A stretch of 64,000 nt of DNA, taken from assembly GCA_041663485.1 (NCBI GenBank), contig JBAYMO010000001.1, positions 11,023 to 75,022 on the forward strand. The letters run 5' to 3'. This DNA is from Candidatus Buchananbacteria bacterium. GTDB taxonomy: Bacteria > Patescibacteriota > Patescibacteriia > Buchananbacterales > UBA6539. Within the stretch, counting starts at the first letter, position 1. Each line of letters opens with the position of its first letter. Below the pieces are notes generated by a model. The model had not been told where the DNA came from, ran no database searches, and saw nothing but the letters and a program-made list of their open reading frames with translations. Position numbers and translations under genes: made by a program. This document shows positions 29,829-38,705 of the stretch, one piece after another.

Positions 29829-30989
29829 TTACTTCACAAACTTAAACGCTTTAGAGAAAATGCTACCGTCAATTAAGTCGTCGGTTGAGGTACCAAATCG
29901 CATTATTTCTGCGGTTATCTTTTTTACACCTGGCAAGTCCGGTTCTTTCTTGAAAAAATCATCATACAAATCAACAACAGCACTAACAGTTTGTCCGGGC
30001 TTAATGATGTCAAATAAAGTCACTGGGGTTTGCAACTGATTGGAGTCAGAGAGAGTCACATCAAAATCCACACCATCTAAAGCAGCCTTGGTGCCGATAT
30101 TTTTAATAAAAACTTCAGCCTCGGTGTTTTCGTCGTTGACTTTTGGCGGATTAGGATAAACTTTTATATCAGTAACGACTAAATCAACTTTTGAATCTGA
30201 CAGCTCAAGTCTTCTTAATTCATCTTTTTCCACATTATAAGCTTCAATCCCTTTATTTAAGGTCTCAATCGCTGCGAATTTCCAGGCGCCGCCCTCTTTA
30301 ATAAACAATACATCACCACCAACAGTTCGACCGTTTTTGTATATGACCGTCTGGTTAACCAGATAATTCTGTCCGTTTTTAACCGGATTTGTATATTTTA
30401 TATCAGCAATGCTATTATCTATTTTTACGCCAAATCCAAATAGCTCAAAAGTCTTTTCGCTAAACAAAGACTGATAGGTAGAAGTGGCAACTGGTGTTTT
30501 CGATAATTCCGCTGCGCGAAGTTTATTCATTACCTCCTGCAATGATGCTAAATCATCTAAGGGTTTAAGGCTATAATCGGCAAAAGAGTTAATAATTGCG
30601 TCAGAGACATTATAGGTCTTGGCCTTAGAATATTTTTTTAGCTCGACTAAATTCTTAATCAAATATTTTTTCTGCTCTTTTATCAAATAAATTTTACCCT
30701 TGGTCGATTTGAGCAAAACGCCATCAGCATACTTACTTTCAACATAATTCTGATAGGCATCAGTTACGCTCTTGTCTACAAAAATAATCTTTTGACTCTT
30801 GTATTTTTTTAGCTCGGCTAAAGTTTTAAGATGCAGTTTTTTTTGCTGCTTAATGACATAAACCTTATTACTTGAATCGCGCAACAGTGTCCCATCGGGA
30901 TACTGGGTAACGGCTAAAACTTCACCGGTACAAAACAAAAATCCGAATAGCACCAAGCTAAAAACCAAAGAAAAAAGCAGTTTTTTCAT
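29829..30989 (-). CDS. Secreted hypothetical protein with internal tandem repeats of about 45 aa
   Basis: 386 aa with a signal peptide. The KVYVIKQQKKLHLKTLAELKKY and KIYLIKEQKKYLIKNLVELKKY modules are repeated. Confidence 0.5.
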   Translation of the reverse strand: MKKLLFSLVFSLVLFGFLFCTGEVLAVTQYPDGTLLRDSSNKVYVIKQQKKLHLKTLAELKKYKSQKIIFVDKSVTDAYQNYVESKYADGVLLKSTKGKIYLIKEQKKYLIKNLVELKKYSKAKTYNVSDAIINSFADYSLKPLDDLASLQEVMNKLRAAELSKTPVATSTYQSLFSEKTFELFGFGVKIDNSIADIKYTNPVKNGQNYLVNQTVIYKNGRTVGGDVLFIKEGGAWKFAAIETLNKGIEAYNVEKDELRRLELSDSKVDLVVTDIKVYPNPPKVNDENTEAEVFIKNIGTKAALDGVDFDVTLSDSNQLQTPVTLFDIIKPGQTVSAVVDLYDDFFKKEPDLPGVKKITAEIMRFGTSTDDLIDGSIFSKAFKFVK

Positions 30990-31006
30990 AGACTTAAAAT
31001 TTTATT

Positions 31007-31795
31007 TTATAGCACCTCGTAAGTTACCATGACGTCAACTACAATATCTTGACTGCCAACTTCAACCGCCGGAGCCGGCGCCGCGCCACCCACACCCACA
31101 GCCGCCTCTGACTTCATGGAATAATCACGATAGACCGGCACAACAGAATTTTGCGTACTTTCGGCAAAAGAGACCAATTTACCTAATTTAACTCCCGCGA
31201 TTTTAGCCAAGGCTTCGGCTTTTTCTTTCGCGTTAGCCAGCGCCTTTTCTCGGGCTTGTTGTTTTAATTTTTCCGGTTCATCAATGGTAAAATTCAAGCT
31301 GCCGATTTGATTAGCCCCCAAAGTACCGGCCTGCGAAATGATACTGCCGATTTTGTCCAAATTTCTAATCTTAATCGTCACGGATTGTGACACTGTGTAG
31401 CCGCGCAAAACTTGCTGGCCGTTGCTGTAGTCGTAACGGGGATAAATATTGTAATTGGCAGTTTGAATATCTTTAGCGTCAATGCCGGCACCTTTAAGCT
31501 GCGCAATAATTTTATTCATCTTGTCGGTATTTTCTTTTTGCGCATCGGCTACTTTTTCTTTTTGAGTTTCAATGCCTAAAGAAATTTGGGCAATATCGGG
31601 CACGGCATTAATTTTGCCTTCGCCGTCGATGCTAATGGTGTAAGTCTGCTGACTCTCGCGGCCAATGTAATCATGCTTTTTGACTTCATTCCAAGTTAAC
31701 ACCGACATAAATACTACGAGAAAAACTGTAACAATGGTGCCAAGAATTTTCCAAACCGGCACATGATTACAGCAACATTTTTTTTCGTCTTCCAT
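31007..31795 (-). CDS. SIMPL/DUF541 family periplasmic protein
   Basis: 262 aa with a TM anchor and a BP26-like C-terminal pattern. Confidence 0.55.
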   Translation of the reverse strand: MEDEKKCCCNHVPVWKILGTIVTVFLVVFMSVLTWNEVKKHDYIGRESQQTYTISIDGEGKINAVPDIAQISLGIETQKEKVADAQKENTDKMNKIIAQLKGAGIDAKDIQTANYNIYPRYDYSNGQQVLRGYTVSQSVTIKIRNLDKIGSIISQAGTLGANQIGSLNFTIDEPEKLKQQAREKALANAKEKAEALAKIAGVKLGKLVSFAESTQNSVVPVYRDYSMKSEAAVGVGGAAPAPAVEVGSQDIVVDVMVTYEVL

Positions 31796-31805
31796 AAATT
31801 TTAAA

Positions 31806-33041
31806 TTAATTTTTAATAATATTTTTTAAAGCGGGCAAAATTTTTCCCGACATTAATTCCAAGCTGGCGCCGCCACCGGTTGAAATATGGCTGAATTTCC
31901 CCTCAAGCTTGTATTTAGCCACCACCATTTCCGTATCGCCGCCGCCAATGACCGACATGGCCTTGCTCCTGGCCACCGCCTCCGCAATTTTTCTGGTGCC
32001 AAAAGCGAATTTGTCAATTTCAAAAACACCCATGGGTCCGTTCCAAAAAATTGTCTTGGCCTGTTTTAATTCAAATAAATAATTGGCAATGGTTTTAGGT
32101 CCAATATCCAAAAACATCCACCGCTTATCAATTTTTTGATGATTTTGTAAATCAACCATTTCCACCAAAGAATGCTGGTCAATTTTATTGCCCGAGAGCA
32201 TATCAACCGGTAAAACAATTTTTTGTTTATGATGTTTTAATAAATCTTTGGCAAATTTTACGATATCGACATTTTTTCTTTTGGCCTTATCAACAAAGGA
32301 TGATTCCACCAGAGATTTACCAATTTCAAAACCCTGGGCTTTTAAAAATACGTTGGCGGCGCCCCCGCCGATCAAAACTTTATCGGCTACTTTGATTAAA
32401 TGGTCTAAGACGGCAATTTTGTCTGACATTTTAGCGCCGCCCAGAACGACCACGAAAGGTTTTTGGGGGTTTTGAGCCACGCCAGTTAAAACTTTTATTT
32501 CCTTTTGCAGCAAGAACCCGGCATAACTCGGCAATAATTCCGTAATCCCCGTCGTCGAAGCATGGACGCGATGAGCCTGAGCGAACGCGTCAAAGCAAAT
32601 TAAATCACTGCCATGAACCAAAAGCTTGGCGAATAATTTATTATTTTCTTCTTCCTGGTGATAAAATCTGACATTTTCCAGCATAACAATCTCCCCGGCC
32701 TTCATCTTACTGATTTTTTCGAAAACCTTTGGTCCCACGCAATCATCCAGCTTCTTTACCGGTTTTTTAATTAACTTCGCTAAGGCCTTAGCCACCGAAT
32801 CCATTTTCAATTTTTCCACCATTTTGCCGTCCGGCCGACCCAACCACGATAAAACCACCACTCGACATTTGTTTTTCAAAAGAAATCTTAAGGTGGGCAA
32901 AGTCTCTCTAATTCTACGATCATCAAATACTTGCCAACTTCCATCTTTTAAGACTAATGGCAAATCATAAGCCACGCGAAATAAAACCGTCTTGCCTCTT
33001 AAATTTTTTACCTCCCTGATTGATTTAAGTTTCATTATCAA
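31806..33041 (-). CDS. pgk: Phosphoglycerate kinase
   Basis: 411 aa with typical PGK N- and C-terminal domains. Confidence 0.9.
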   Translation of the reverse strand: MIMKLKSIREVKNLRGKTVLFRVAYDLPLVLKDGSWQVFDDRRIRETLPTLRFLLKNKCRVVVLSWLGRPDGKMVEKLKMDSVAKALAKLIKKPVKKLDDCVGPKVFEKISKMKAGEIVMLENVRFYHQEEENNKLFAKLLVHGSDLICFDAFAQAHRVHASTTGITELLPSYAGFLLQKEIKVLTGVAQNPQKPFVVVLGGAKMSDKIAVLDHLIKVADKVLIGGGAANVFLKAQGFEIGKSLVESSFVDKAKRKNVDIVKFAKDLLKHHKQKIVLPVDMLSGNKIDQHSLVEMVDLQNHQKIDKRWMFLDIGPKTIANYLFELKQAKTIFWNGPMGVFEIDKFAFGTRKIAEAVARSKAMSVIGGGDTEMVVAKYKLEGKFSHISTGGGASLELMSGKILPALKNIIKN

Positions 33042-33160
33042 GTTTTTAATTATTTCGTCTTCAAAATAATTACTTCGGTATTGAAATTATAACATAAAAA
33101 GCCAGGATTCAGCAAGGCAAAATTTAAAAATAATGATTAACAAATTCTAGCCGCTCACGA

Positions 33161-33415
33161 CTACTCCCCTTCAATCTCCACCAGCTTCCAGGTGCTGCCC
33201 GCTACCGGTCTGATTTCAATTTCTGCCATTTTAGCCGGAGTTTGACTGGCCAGCAATTTCAAATTATAGGCTAAATTTTCTGGATTTATCTCCTGACTAT
33301 GCTCAACAACAGAGCCAAGTTCAATCACTATTTTTTTTATTTCTTTGATTTTGTTTTCGGCCGCCTTTTCTAAAACTAATTTCAAAATCAAATCGGCCGC
33401 GTGAAGATCATGCAT
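33161..33415 (-). CDS. hypA: HypA-like hydrogenase nickel-insertion protein lacking the C-terminal CxxC zinc finger
   Basis: The start was moved to the internal ATG (MHDLHAADLILKLVLEKAAENKIKEIKKIVIELGSV, which fits the HypA N-terminal domain). There are no Cys residues. It lies 15 nt downstream of the large-subunit stop. Confidence 0.5.
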   Translation of the reverse strand: MHDLHAADLILKLVLEKAAENKIKEIKKIVIELGSVVEHSQEINPENLAYNLKLLASQTPAKMAEIEIRPVAGSTWKLVEIEGE

Positions 33416-33432
33416 AAAAAAATAATTATTAT

Positions 33433-34719
33433 TTAATGAGTCGCGCAAGAAATGCAAGGATCATACGCGCGAATCATAGCTCGAATTTTTTGTTCACGTT
33501 CCGTCGCATTCATCTGAGCCAAGCCTGGCATATACGTCATTAAATCCTGTTCAATATTATTTAAAAATTGAACCGTCGGTGTGATAATGTCGGCTTTGAC
33601 AATAATACCATTCTCATCGATTCGCAACATATCATACAATATGCCCCGAGGCGCTTCCATAATTGAATATCCGGTTCTAACTTTACCCAAAGGATTGGCG
33701 CCGGCAATTAAATTTAATTTCTTAGCCAAACTTTCTTCGGGTTTTAAATTTTTAATTATGTCTTTTAATAATAATCCGGCGGTTTCTGTGGCATGAACTA
33801 ACTCAATGGCTTGAGCCAAGACGTTGTAAAAAGTATTATAAATGGGAAATTCTAATTTTAAATCAGCTACCACCTTTTTGGCCAAAGGGCTGAGCCGATT
33901 GTGATTAATATTTAATCTGGCTAATGCGCCCACCATAAAACTCTTACCTTTATAATTGGCCCGCTTGGCTGCCGTGGCCAACAGCTGGTATTCATCAATG
34001 GCTTTACCGTAGTGATTAGCGCCAATAATCTTGCCTGATAAAAATTTTACTTGCCCGTCATAAATAGCATATTCTTTACTATTTACCAAACAGGCATATT
34101 CTTGTTCTCGATAAAAATTTGGTATGGGCATTCTCGAAGCAAATAAAACCAGATTCATCGCCGATTCCATGGCTTGTTCCCAGTCGCCTAGAATCTCTTG
34201 TAATTTTTTCTTTTTAGGCAAAACTTTGAAACCGCCAACCTCACAGGCAATCGGATGAACGGCGCGGCCGGCTACCGCTTCTAAAATCGCTAAAGCAAAT
34301 TGTCGACTATTAATAGCCGCCTGGGCTTCGGTGGGGTGATTTTTAATAAAATCAAGATCATCTTTGACGCCATAAAAATCCGGCATGGATAAAAAATAAA
34401 GGTGCAAAGCGTGACTATGGATGACCTGGCATAATTCCATTAATTTTCGCAACCTAACTGTTTGGTCGCTGGGATGTAAATTAAAAGCGTCTTCAATACA
34501 CTTGATAGTATTTAAAGAATGAACAACCGGACAAATACCACAAATCCTGGCGGTAATAATCGGCACATCACTATAGTGCCGACCAACCAAAATGCTTTCG
34601 ATTAATCTCACACCCTCAGTAGTTTTTATTTTGGCCGCAGCCATGTCACCATCAAAAATATCACCAATAAAATCGGCATGACCTTCCATTTTCGCCAGAT
34701 GATTAATGACTATTTTCAT
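33433..34719 (-). CDS. hydA: NiFe hydrogenase large subunit (group 3, sulfhydrogenase alpha-like)
   Basis: 428 aa; N-terminal RICGICPVVH and C-terminal DPCISCATH. The protein ends at the His with no extension. Confidence 0.85.
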   Translation of the reverse strand: MKIVINHLAKMEGHADFIGDIFDGDMAAAKIKTTEGVRLIESILVGRHYSDVPIITARICGICPVVHSLNTIKCIEDAFNLHPSDQTVRLRKLMELCQVIHSHALHLYFLSMPDFYGVKDDLDFIKNHPTEAQAAINSRQFALAILEAVAGRAVHPIACEVGGFKVLPKKKKLQEILGDWEQAMESAMNLVLFASRMPIPNFYREQEYACLVNSKEYAIYDGQVKFLSGKIIGANHYGKAIDEYQLLATAAKRANYKGKSFMVGALARLNINHNRLSPLAKKVVADLKLEFPIYNTFYNVLAQAIELVHATETAGLLLKDIIKNLKPEESLAKKLNLIAGANPLGKVRTGYSIMEAPRGILYDMLRIDENGIIVKADIITPTVQFLNNIEQDLMTYMPGLAQMNATEREQKIRAMIRAYDPCISCATH

Positions 34720-34731
34720 AAAATAATTTTA

Positions 34732-35568
34732 TTACTTTTTAACAATCAAATCCTTTGGCGTTTGTTCAGAGCGCCATTCTTTTTGAGCCTGATCCAACCA
34801 GTCATCCTTGACCCCAAAAACTTCTAAAACTTTTTTTACTTCAGCGGCGTCATGGCCGGCCAGAAAACAATTTTTAACAAACTTATCAACGTCGGGTTCT
34901 TCCAATAATCCACGGCAACCCCAACAAGGCTGTTTGCTATTCAAACACACCGCATTGCAACCACCCAAAGTAATTGGTCCACAGCATAAATCACTATTTT
35001 GCAATAAACATTCATTGCCGTTAAATTGACATTCCAAGCAAACTGGATTTTGAGCAATGAAGGGTTTCTTGCCGGCCAAAATCTGCAAAACAATATTTAA
35101 AAACTCTTCACCGTTGATCGGACAAGTCGGAATTGTAAAATCAACTTTGACAATTTTGTTAATTGGTAAAATATCTAAATTATCAATTCCTTCCGGTTTT
35201 TCATAAACCTCGCCTAAGGCTCGATATCGTCCTACCCAATTTTTCATCCGATGAATACCGCCGGTATGAGCACAGTTGCCCAAAACAATTAGCATCTTGG
35301 ATTTTTTTCTAAGTTCCTTTAATGTTTTTAAATTATTTTTTGTTACCACTGAGCCTTCCACAAAACAAACATCAAACGGCCCAAGCTCGGGCGGATCTTC
35401 TTTGACAAACCTCCATTGAACCAAATCAATTCTTTTGGCCAATTCCAAAAATCTCTGGCCTAAATCCAAAATAGCGAATTCGCATCCCTCGCAACAAGTC
35501 AGGCCAATAATTCCCACTCTCGGTTTAGCAATTTGATTAGACTTAGACGAAAATATTTTTTTAAACAT
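34732..35568 (-). CDS. hydD: NiFe hydrogenase small subunit (delta-like)
   Basis: 278 aa; GLTCCEGCE proximal-cluster motif and additional Cys clusters. Confidence 0.8.
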   Translation of the reverse strand: MFKKIFSSKSNQIAKPRVGIIGLTCCEGCEFAILDLGQRFLELAKRIDLVQWRFVKEDPPELGPFDVCFVEGSVVTKNNLKTLKELRKKSKMLIVLGNCAHTGGIHRMKNWVGRYRALGEVYEKPEGIDNLDILPINKIVKVDFTIPTCPINGEEFLNIVLQILAGKKPFIAQNPVCLECQFNGNECLLQNSDLCCGPITLGGCNAVCLNSKQPCWGCRGLLEEPDVDKFVKNCFLAGHDAAEVKKVLEVFGVKDDWLDQAQKEWRSEQTPKDLIVKK

Positions 35569-36340
35569 ATAAATTAGCTAGATTTAAATTATACTTAGTC
35601 CATTTCTCTAAATTTTGTTTTTGTTCTTGAGATAAATAATCGCAAACCCAACCCCAATGAATTGATACAAAATCCCCAACTTTCAGCTCAGCCACAAATG
35701 ATTTATTATTTACTTCAAGCCAAACCTCCCTTTCAATCGGCTCAGCCAAAACTAATTTATCGCCCGCAACCGCTAACGGTTGGTATTCAATAATAATTCC
35801 TTTGGTTAAATTATTTAAATCCTTAATTTCTGATTTCTGTTCTTTAACTTTTCCCCACCCAATCCGACATTCATCCATGGTTTTAATGGTATGCTCCAAG
35901 GGATAGTGGCCGGTTCGTTTGGGAATATTTAAAACATGAAAACTGTGATGCGGCTTGGCTCCAACCGGAATTTTGCCAAAAATTTTTTCGACCAGGGCGG
36001 GTTTAAGTTTCTTTTTTAATTTTTGTTCATCAACTAAATACTGATAAAAATTTTGCATGGAAACATTTTCCAATAATTCATTGCCCAGCCAATAAGCCTC
36101 AACCACTTTATAATCAAACGGGTCAAGAATTTTATTTGCCTCAGCAATTAAGCGCAAATACGGAAACATGGTTTCAAATTCCCTTAACATGTTTTTCAAG
36201 CCATCATCGCTGACGGCTTGGGCCGCATATTCAAACAGTTCGGCATTGCTATCCCCGCCGCAATAACGCAGCTTATTGGGCATAAAAGCGTAACGGGCGG
36301 CTAATAGGACTCCATCTGAATTTCTAATATTATCCGACAT
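35561..36340 (-). CDS. Hypothetical protein, first gene of the hydD-hydA unit (8-nt overlap with hydD)
   Basis: 259 aa with no recognisable motif. Its stop overlaps the hydD start, which suggests translational coupling. Confidence 0.5.
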   Translation of the reverse strand: MSDNIRNSDGVLLAARYAFMPNKLRYCGGDSNAELFEYAAQAVSDDGLKNMLREFETMFPYLRLIAEANKILDPFDYKVVEAYWLGNELLENVSMQNFYQYLVDEQKLKKKLKPALVEKIFGKIPVGAKPHHSFHVLNIPKRTGHYPLEHTIKTMDECRIGWGKVKEQKSEIKDLNNLTKGIIIEYQPLAVAGDKLVLAEPIEREVWLEVNNKSFVAELKVGDFVSIHWGWVCDYLSQEQKQNLEKWTKYNLNLANLYV

Positions 36341-36361
36341 TAATTTTTTTCTAAATTTTAC

Positions 36362-37267
36362 TTAATTTTCCTGAATAATTTTTTTAACCAAAAACTTTTT
36401 TTCAAAAATCAAAATGCAAGCAACACCCCCTAAAATAATTATCAATCCCATAAATTTTTCAACCGCTAATAATTTGTGCGTCACAAAAACCGAATTCAAT
36501 ATGGTCGTTACTGGCGACGCTAAAACTAAAATGCAAGCCGTTAGCGTCGCTGGCATCATTTTTAGACCGCGATACCAAGTTATTACATAAGCCGTCAAAA
36601 GAATTGAAGCGAGTAATAGCCACGACCACTGGACTGAATTTAAATTGGTTAAGCCGGACAAATCATTGGTCAGCCACAAAAATCCCAAAAGAAACCAAGC
36701 ACCGAAAAACATTCTCCCCCAGGCTACCACCAAAGAGTCCAATTTAAACAAAGTTTTTTTGACAATCACTGTTTCCGTGGCCCAAAACAGCGTAGCCAAC
36801 AAAATCAAAGTTTCGGCCAGACCCCAGCTCAAACCCTTGAAACCTTCAAACACCATATTGCCATAAAGTAAAACTCCCAAGGCAACAAATTGCCACCAAG
36901 AAACTTTTTCTTTCAAAAATGGCCAGGCTAAAATTGCCACCCAAACAAATAATGTTTTGTGAATAAATGAAGCACTAGTGGAAGAAGTCAAGCTTAAGCC
37001 CTTAAAAAATAACAAAAAAGGAATACTACCGCCAATCAAACCAATCAGGGCTAAATTTAACCAATCTTTAATTTCTAACAGTTTTAATTTCCTAAAAATC
37101 CAGGGAGATAAAATAACCAAAGACAAGACCAAGGCGACTAAAATATTTTTTAGGGTTGTGTATTGAAAAGAATCCTTACCGACCACGCTCATGGCGAATT
37201 TATTAAAAAAATTAGCCAATCCGGAAATAATTGCCGTAATTAAAACTAAATAAAAACCTTTTTTCAT
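36362..37267 (-). CDS. EamA/DMT-family transporter
   Basis: 301 aa with about 10 TM helices in a duplicated EamA layout. Confidence 0.7.
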   Translation of the reverse strand: MKKGFYLVLITAIISGLANFFNKFAMSVVGKDSFQYTTLKNILVALVLSLVILSPWIFRKLKLLEIKDWLNLALIGLIGGSIPFLLFFKGLSLTSSTSASFIHKTLFVWVAILAWPFLKEKVSWWQFVALGVLLYGNMVFEGFKGLSWGLAETLILLATLFWATETVIVKKTLFKLDSLVVAWGRMFFGAWFLLGFLWLTNDLSGLTNLNSVQWSWLLLASILLTAYVITWYRGLKMMPATLTACILVLASPVTTILNSVFVTHKLLAVEKFMGLIIILGGVACILIFEKKFLVKKIIQEN

Positions 37268-37272
37268 AAATA

Positions 37273-37464
37273 TTATTTTAAATATTCGTTAATCTCTTTG
37301 GCTTCTTGATCAGAAATTTTAGTTAAAGCCAAATTGGCGTTAGCCAAAACCCAATCTCCAGCTTTAACTTTTTTTATCAAAGCAACATTAATCATTCGGC
37401 CATCAGCTAATTCGGCCACCTGTCCATTAACCTTTTTAATTTTTTGCGGCTTGGTTAAACACAT
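37273..37464 (-). CDS. hypC: Hydrogenase maturation chaperone HypC/HybG
   Basis: 63 aa starting MCLTKP (MC(L/I)xxP signature). Confidence 0.8.
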   Translation of the reverse strand: MCLTKPQKIKKVNGQVAELADGRMINVALIKKVKAGDWVLANANLALTKISDQEAKEINEYLK

Positions 37465-37750
37465 AAATTACTACCCGGCCAAGAAAAAATAAAATACTAA
37501 AAACCAATATTACCCCCAAAACTCCGGCCAGACTTGAAGCCAGCCAAGTTTGGCCAATACCGGGAATTAGATATTCAGAAAAAAGACCGGGGAAATAATT
37601 ATTACTTTTTTGTATAAAACCCAAATTCTCCGCCACATACTCCAAACCATCGGGAAAAGAAAAAGCTGCTAGTGAAACCACGCCGCCGCAAAATAACGAA
37701 AACAATAATATCTTATTCCGTCTTTTCATAAAAAAATAATTTGATGGCAA
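37436..37750 (-). CDS. PDGLE-domain small membrane protein (CbiN/NikN-like auxiliary component)
   Basis: 104 aa containing FPDGLEYVAENLGF. Confidence 0.6.
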   Translation of the reverse strand: MPSNYFFMKRRNKILLFSLFCGGVVSLAAFSFPDGLEYVAENLGFIQKSNNYFPGLFSEYLIPGIGQTWLASSLAGVLGVILVFSILFFLGRVVIYVFNQAAKN

Positions 37751-38417
37751 AAATAGTTATTATGGCTTCAGCCAAACCAATTAAGACATGGACTTTTAGC
37801 ATCGCCCAAAAAACTAAATTAAAAGAAATGTTGCCGGATAATCCAAGTTCAACCGAACAAGCCGTGGCAGCCAAAACTACTGAAAGCCAACTGGCCAAAC
37901 CAATGGCTAAAAATTTATTATGACTCTTTTGATAAATATAAGAATAAATTAAAAAACTAAACAACACGCCAATTATTCCCATATTAAAAATATTGGCACC
38001 CAAAGCGATTATGCCCCCATCCGAAAAAACCAAGGATTGAACGGCCAAAACCGATGCAATAGCCAATAACCCGGTCCAAGGTCCTAAAACAACAGCCGCC
38101 AAAACTCCGCCCAAAAAATGTCCGGAAGTTCCATACTGCACCGGAAAATTCAGCATCTGCAAAGCAAAAATAAATGACGCCACCAAAGCCAGTTGTTCAA
38201 CTTTTTTGTTCGCTTGATTTTTGGCTCTGAATTTGGTCAAAAATTCAGGTGAACAAAATTTTTGTCCAATATTGGTTTGGATCTGGGGCAATAATATTTT
38301 GACTTTTTCAAAGTTTGAATTAAAAAAATTTTTAAAAGCCTGACCTAAAAATCCGGCGGAAACCGCCGCTAAAATAAAGCTGGTCTGATTGGACAAAAAT
38401 TGATCAGGCAAATGCAT
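37713..38417 (-). CDS. cbiM: CbiM/NikM substrate-capture component of an ECF-type Ni/Co transporter
   Basis: 234 aa; N-terminal MHLPDQFLS, the MHIPDG-type signature. Confidence 0.8.
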   Translation of the reverse strand: MHLPDQFLSNQTSFILAAVSAGFLGQAFKNFFNSNFEKVKILLPQIQTNIGQKFCSPEFLTKFRAKNQANKKVEQLALVASFIFALQMLNFPVQYGTSGHFLGGVLAAVVLGPWTGLLAIASVLAVQSLVFSDGGIIALGANIFNMGIIGVLFSFLIYSYIYQKSHNKFLAIGLASWLSVVLAATACSVELGLSGNISFNLVFWAMLKVHVLIGLAEAIITIFAIKLFFYEKTE

Positions 38418-38437
38418 AAATATTTTTTTAAATTGGC

Positions 38438-38578
38438 TTATTTTTTCTTAAAAATCATGGCAATACCAATGACTAATACCGCCATCGGCCAAACGATATC
38501 CCAGTTAACCCCGGGAATCATGCCAAGATTTTTCATCAAAAAAATTGCACCAATCACGACTAAAGCAATACCAAACAT
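38438..38578 (-). CDS. Small two-TM membrane protein (46 aa, DUF5668/LiaF-N-like)
   Basis: Unlisted ORF MFGIALVVIGAIFLMKNLGMIPGVNWDIVWPMAVLVIGIAMIFKKK. Confidence 0.4.
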   Translation of the reverse strand: MFGIALVVIGAIFLMKNLGMIPGVNWDIVWPMAVLVIGIAMIFKKK

Positions 38579-38594
38579 AAAACAATATTATTTA

Positions 38595-38684
38595 TTATTT
38601 TTTCTTTTTCTTAGCAGCTGGTTTCTTTTTTTTGGCTGGTGCTTTCTTGCTCGCACAGCCGCTGCAACATGAACAACATGGCAT
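38595..38684 (-). CDS. Putative 29-aa cysteine-rich, lysine-tailed peptide
   Basis: Unlisted ORF MPCCSCCSGCASKKAPAKKKKPAAKKKKK located 21 nt downstream of the 610-aa gene. Its start codon is in a locally GC-rich patch. No SD. Confidence 0.3.
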   Translation of the reverse strand: MPCCSCCSGCASKKAPAKKKKPAAKKKKK

Positions 38685-38705
38685 AAGATTATATATAATT
38701 AATTA

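Noticed and set aside
38400-38672. 90-aa plus-strand ORF in the cbiM upstream gap
   Set aside because: Hydrophobic nonsense frame running antisense to two small minus-strand ORFs that fit the operon orientation.
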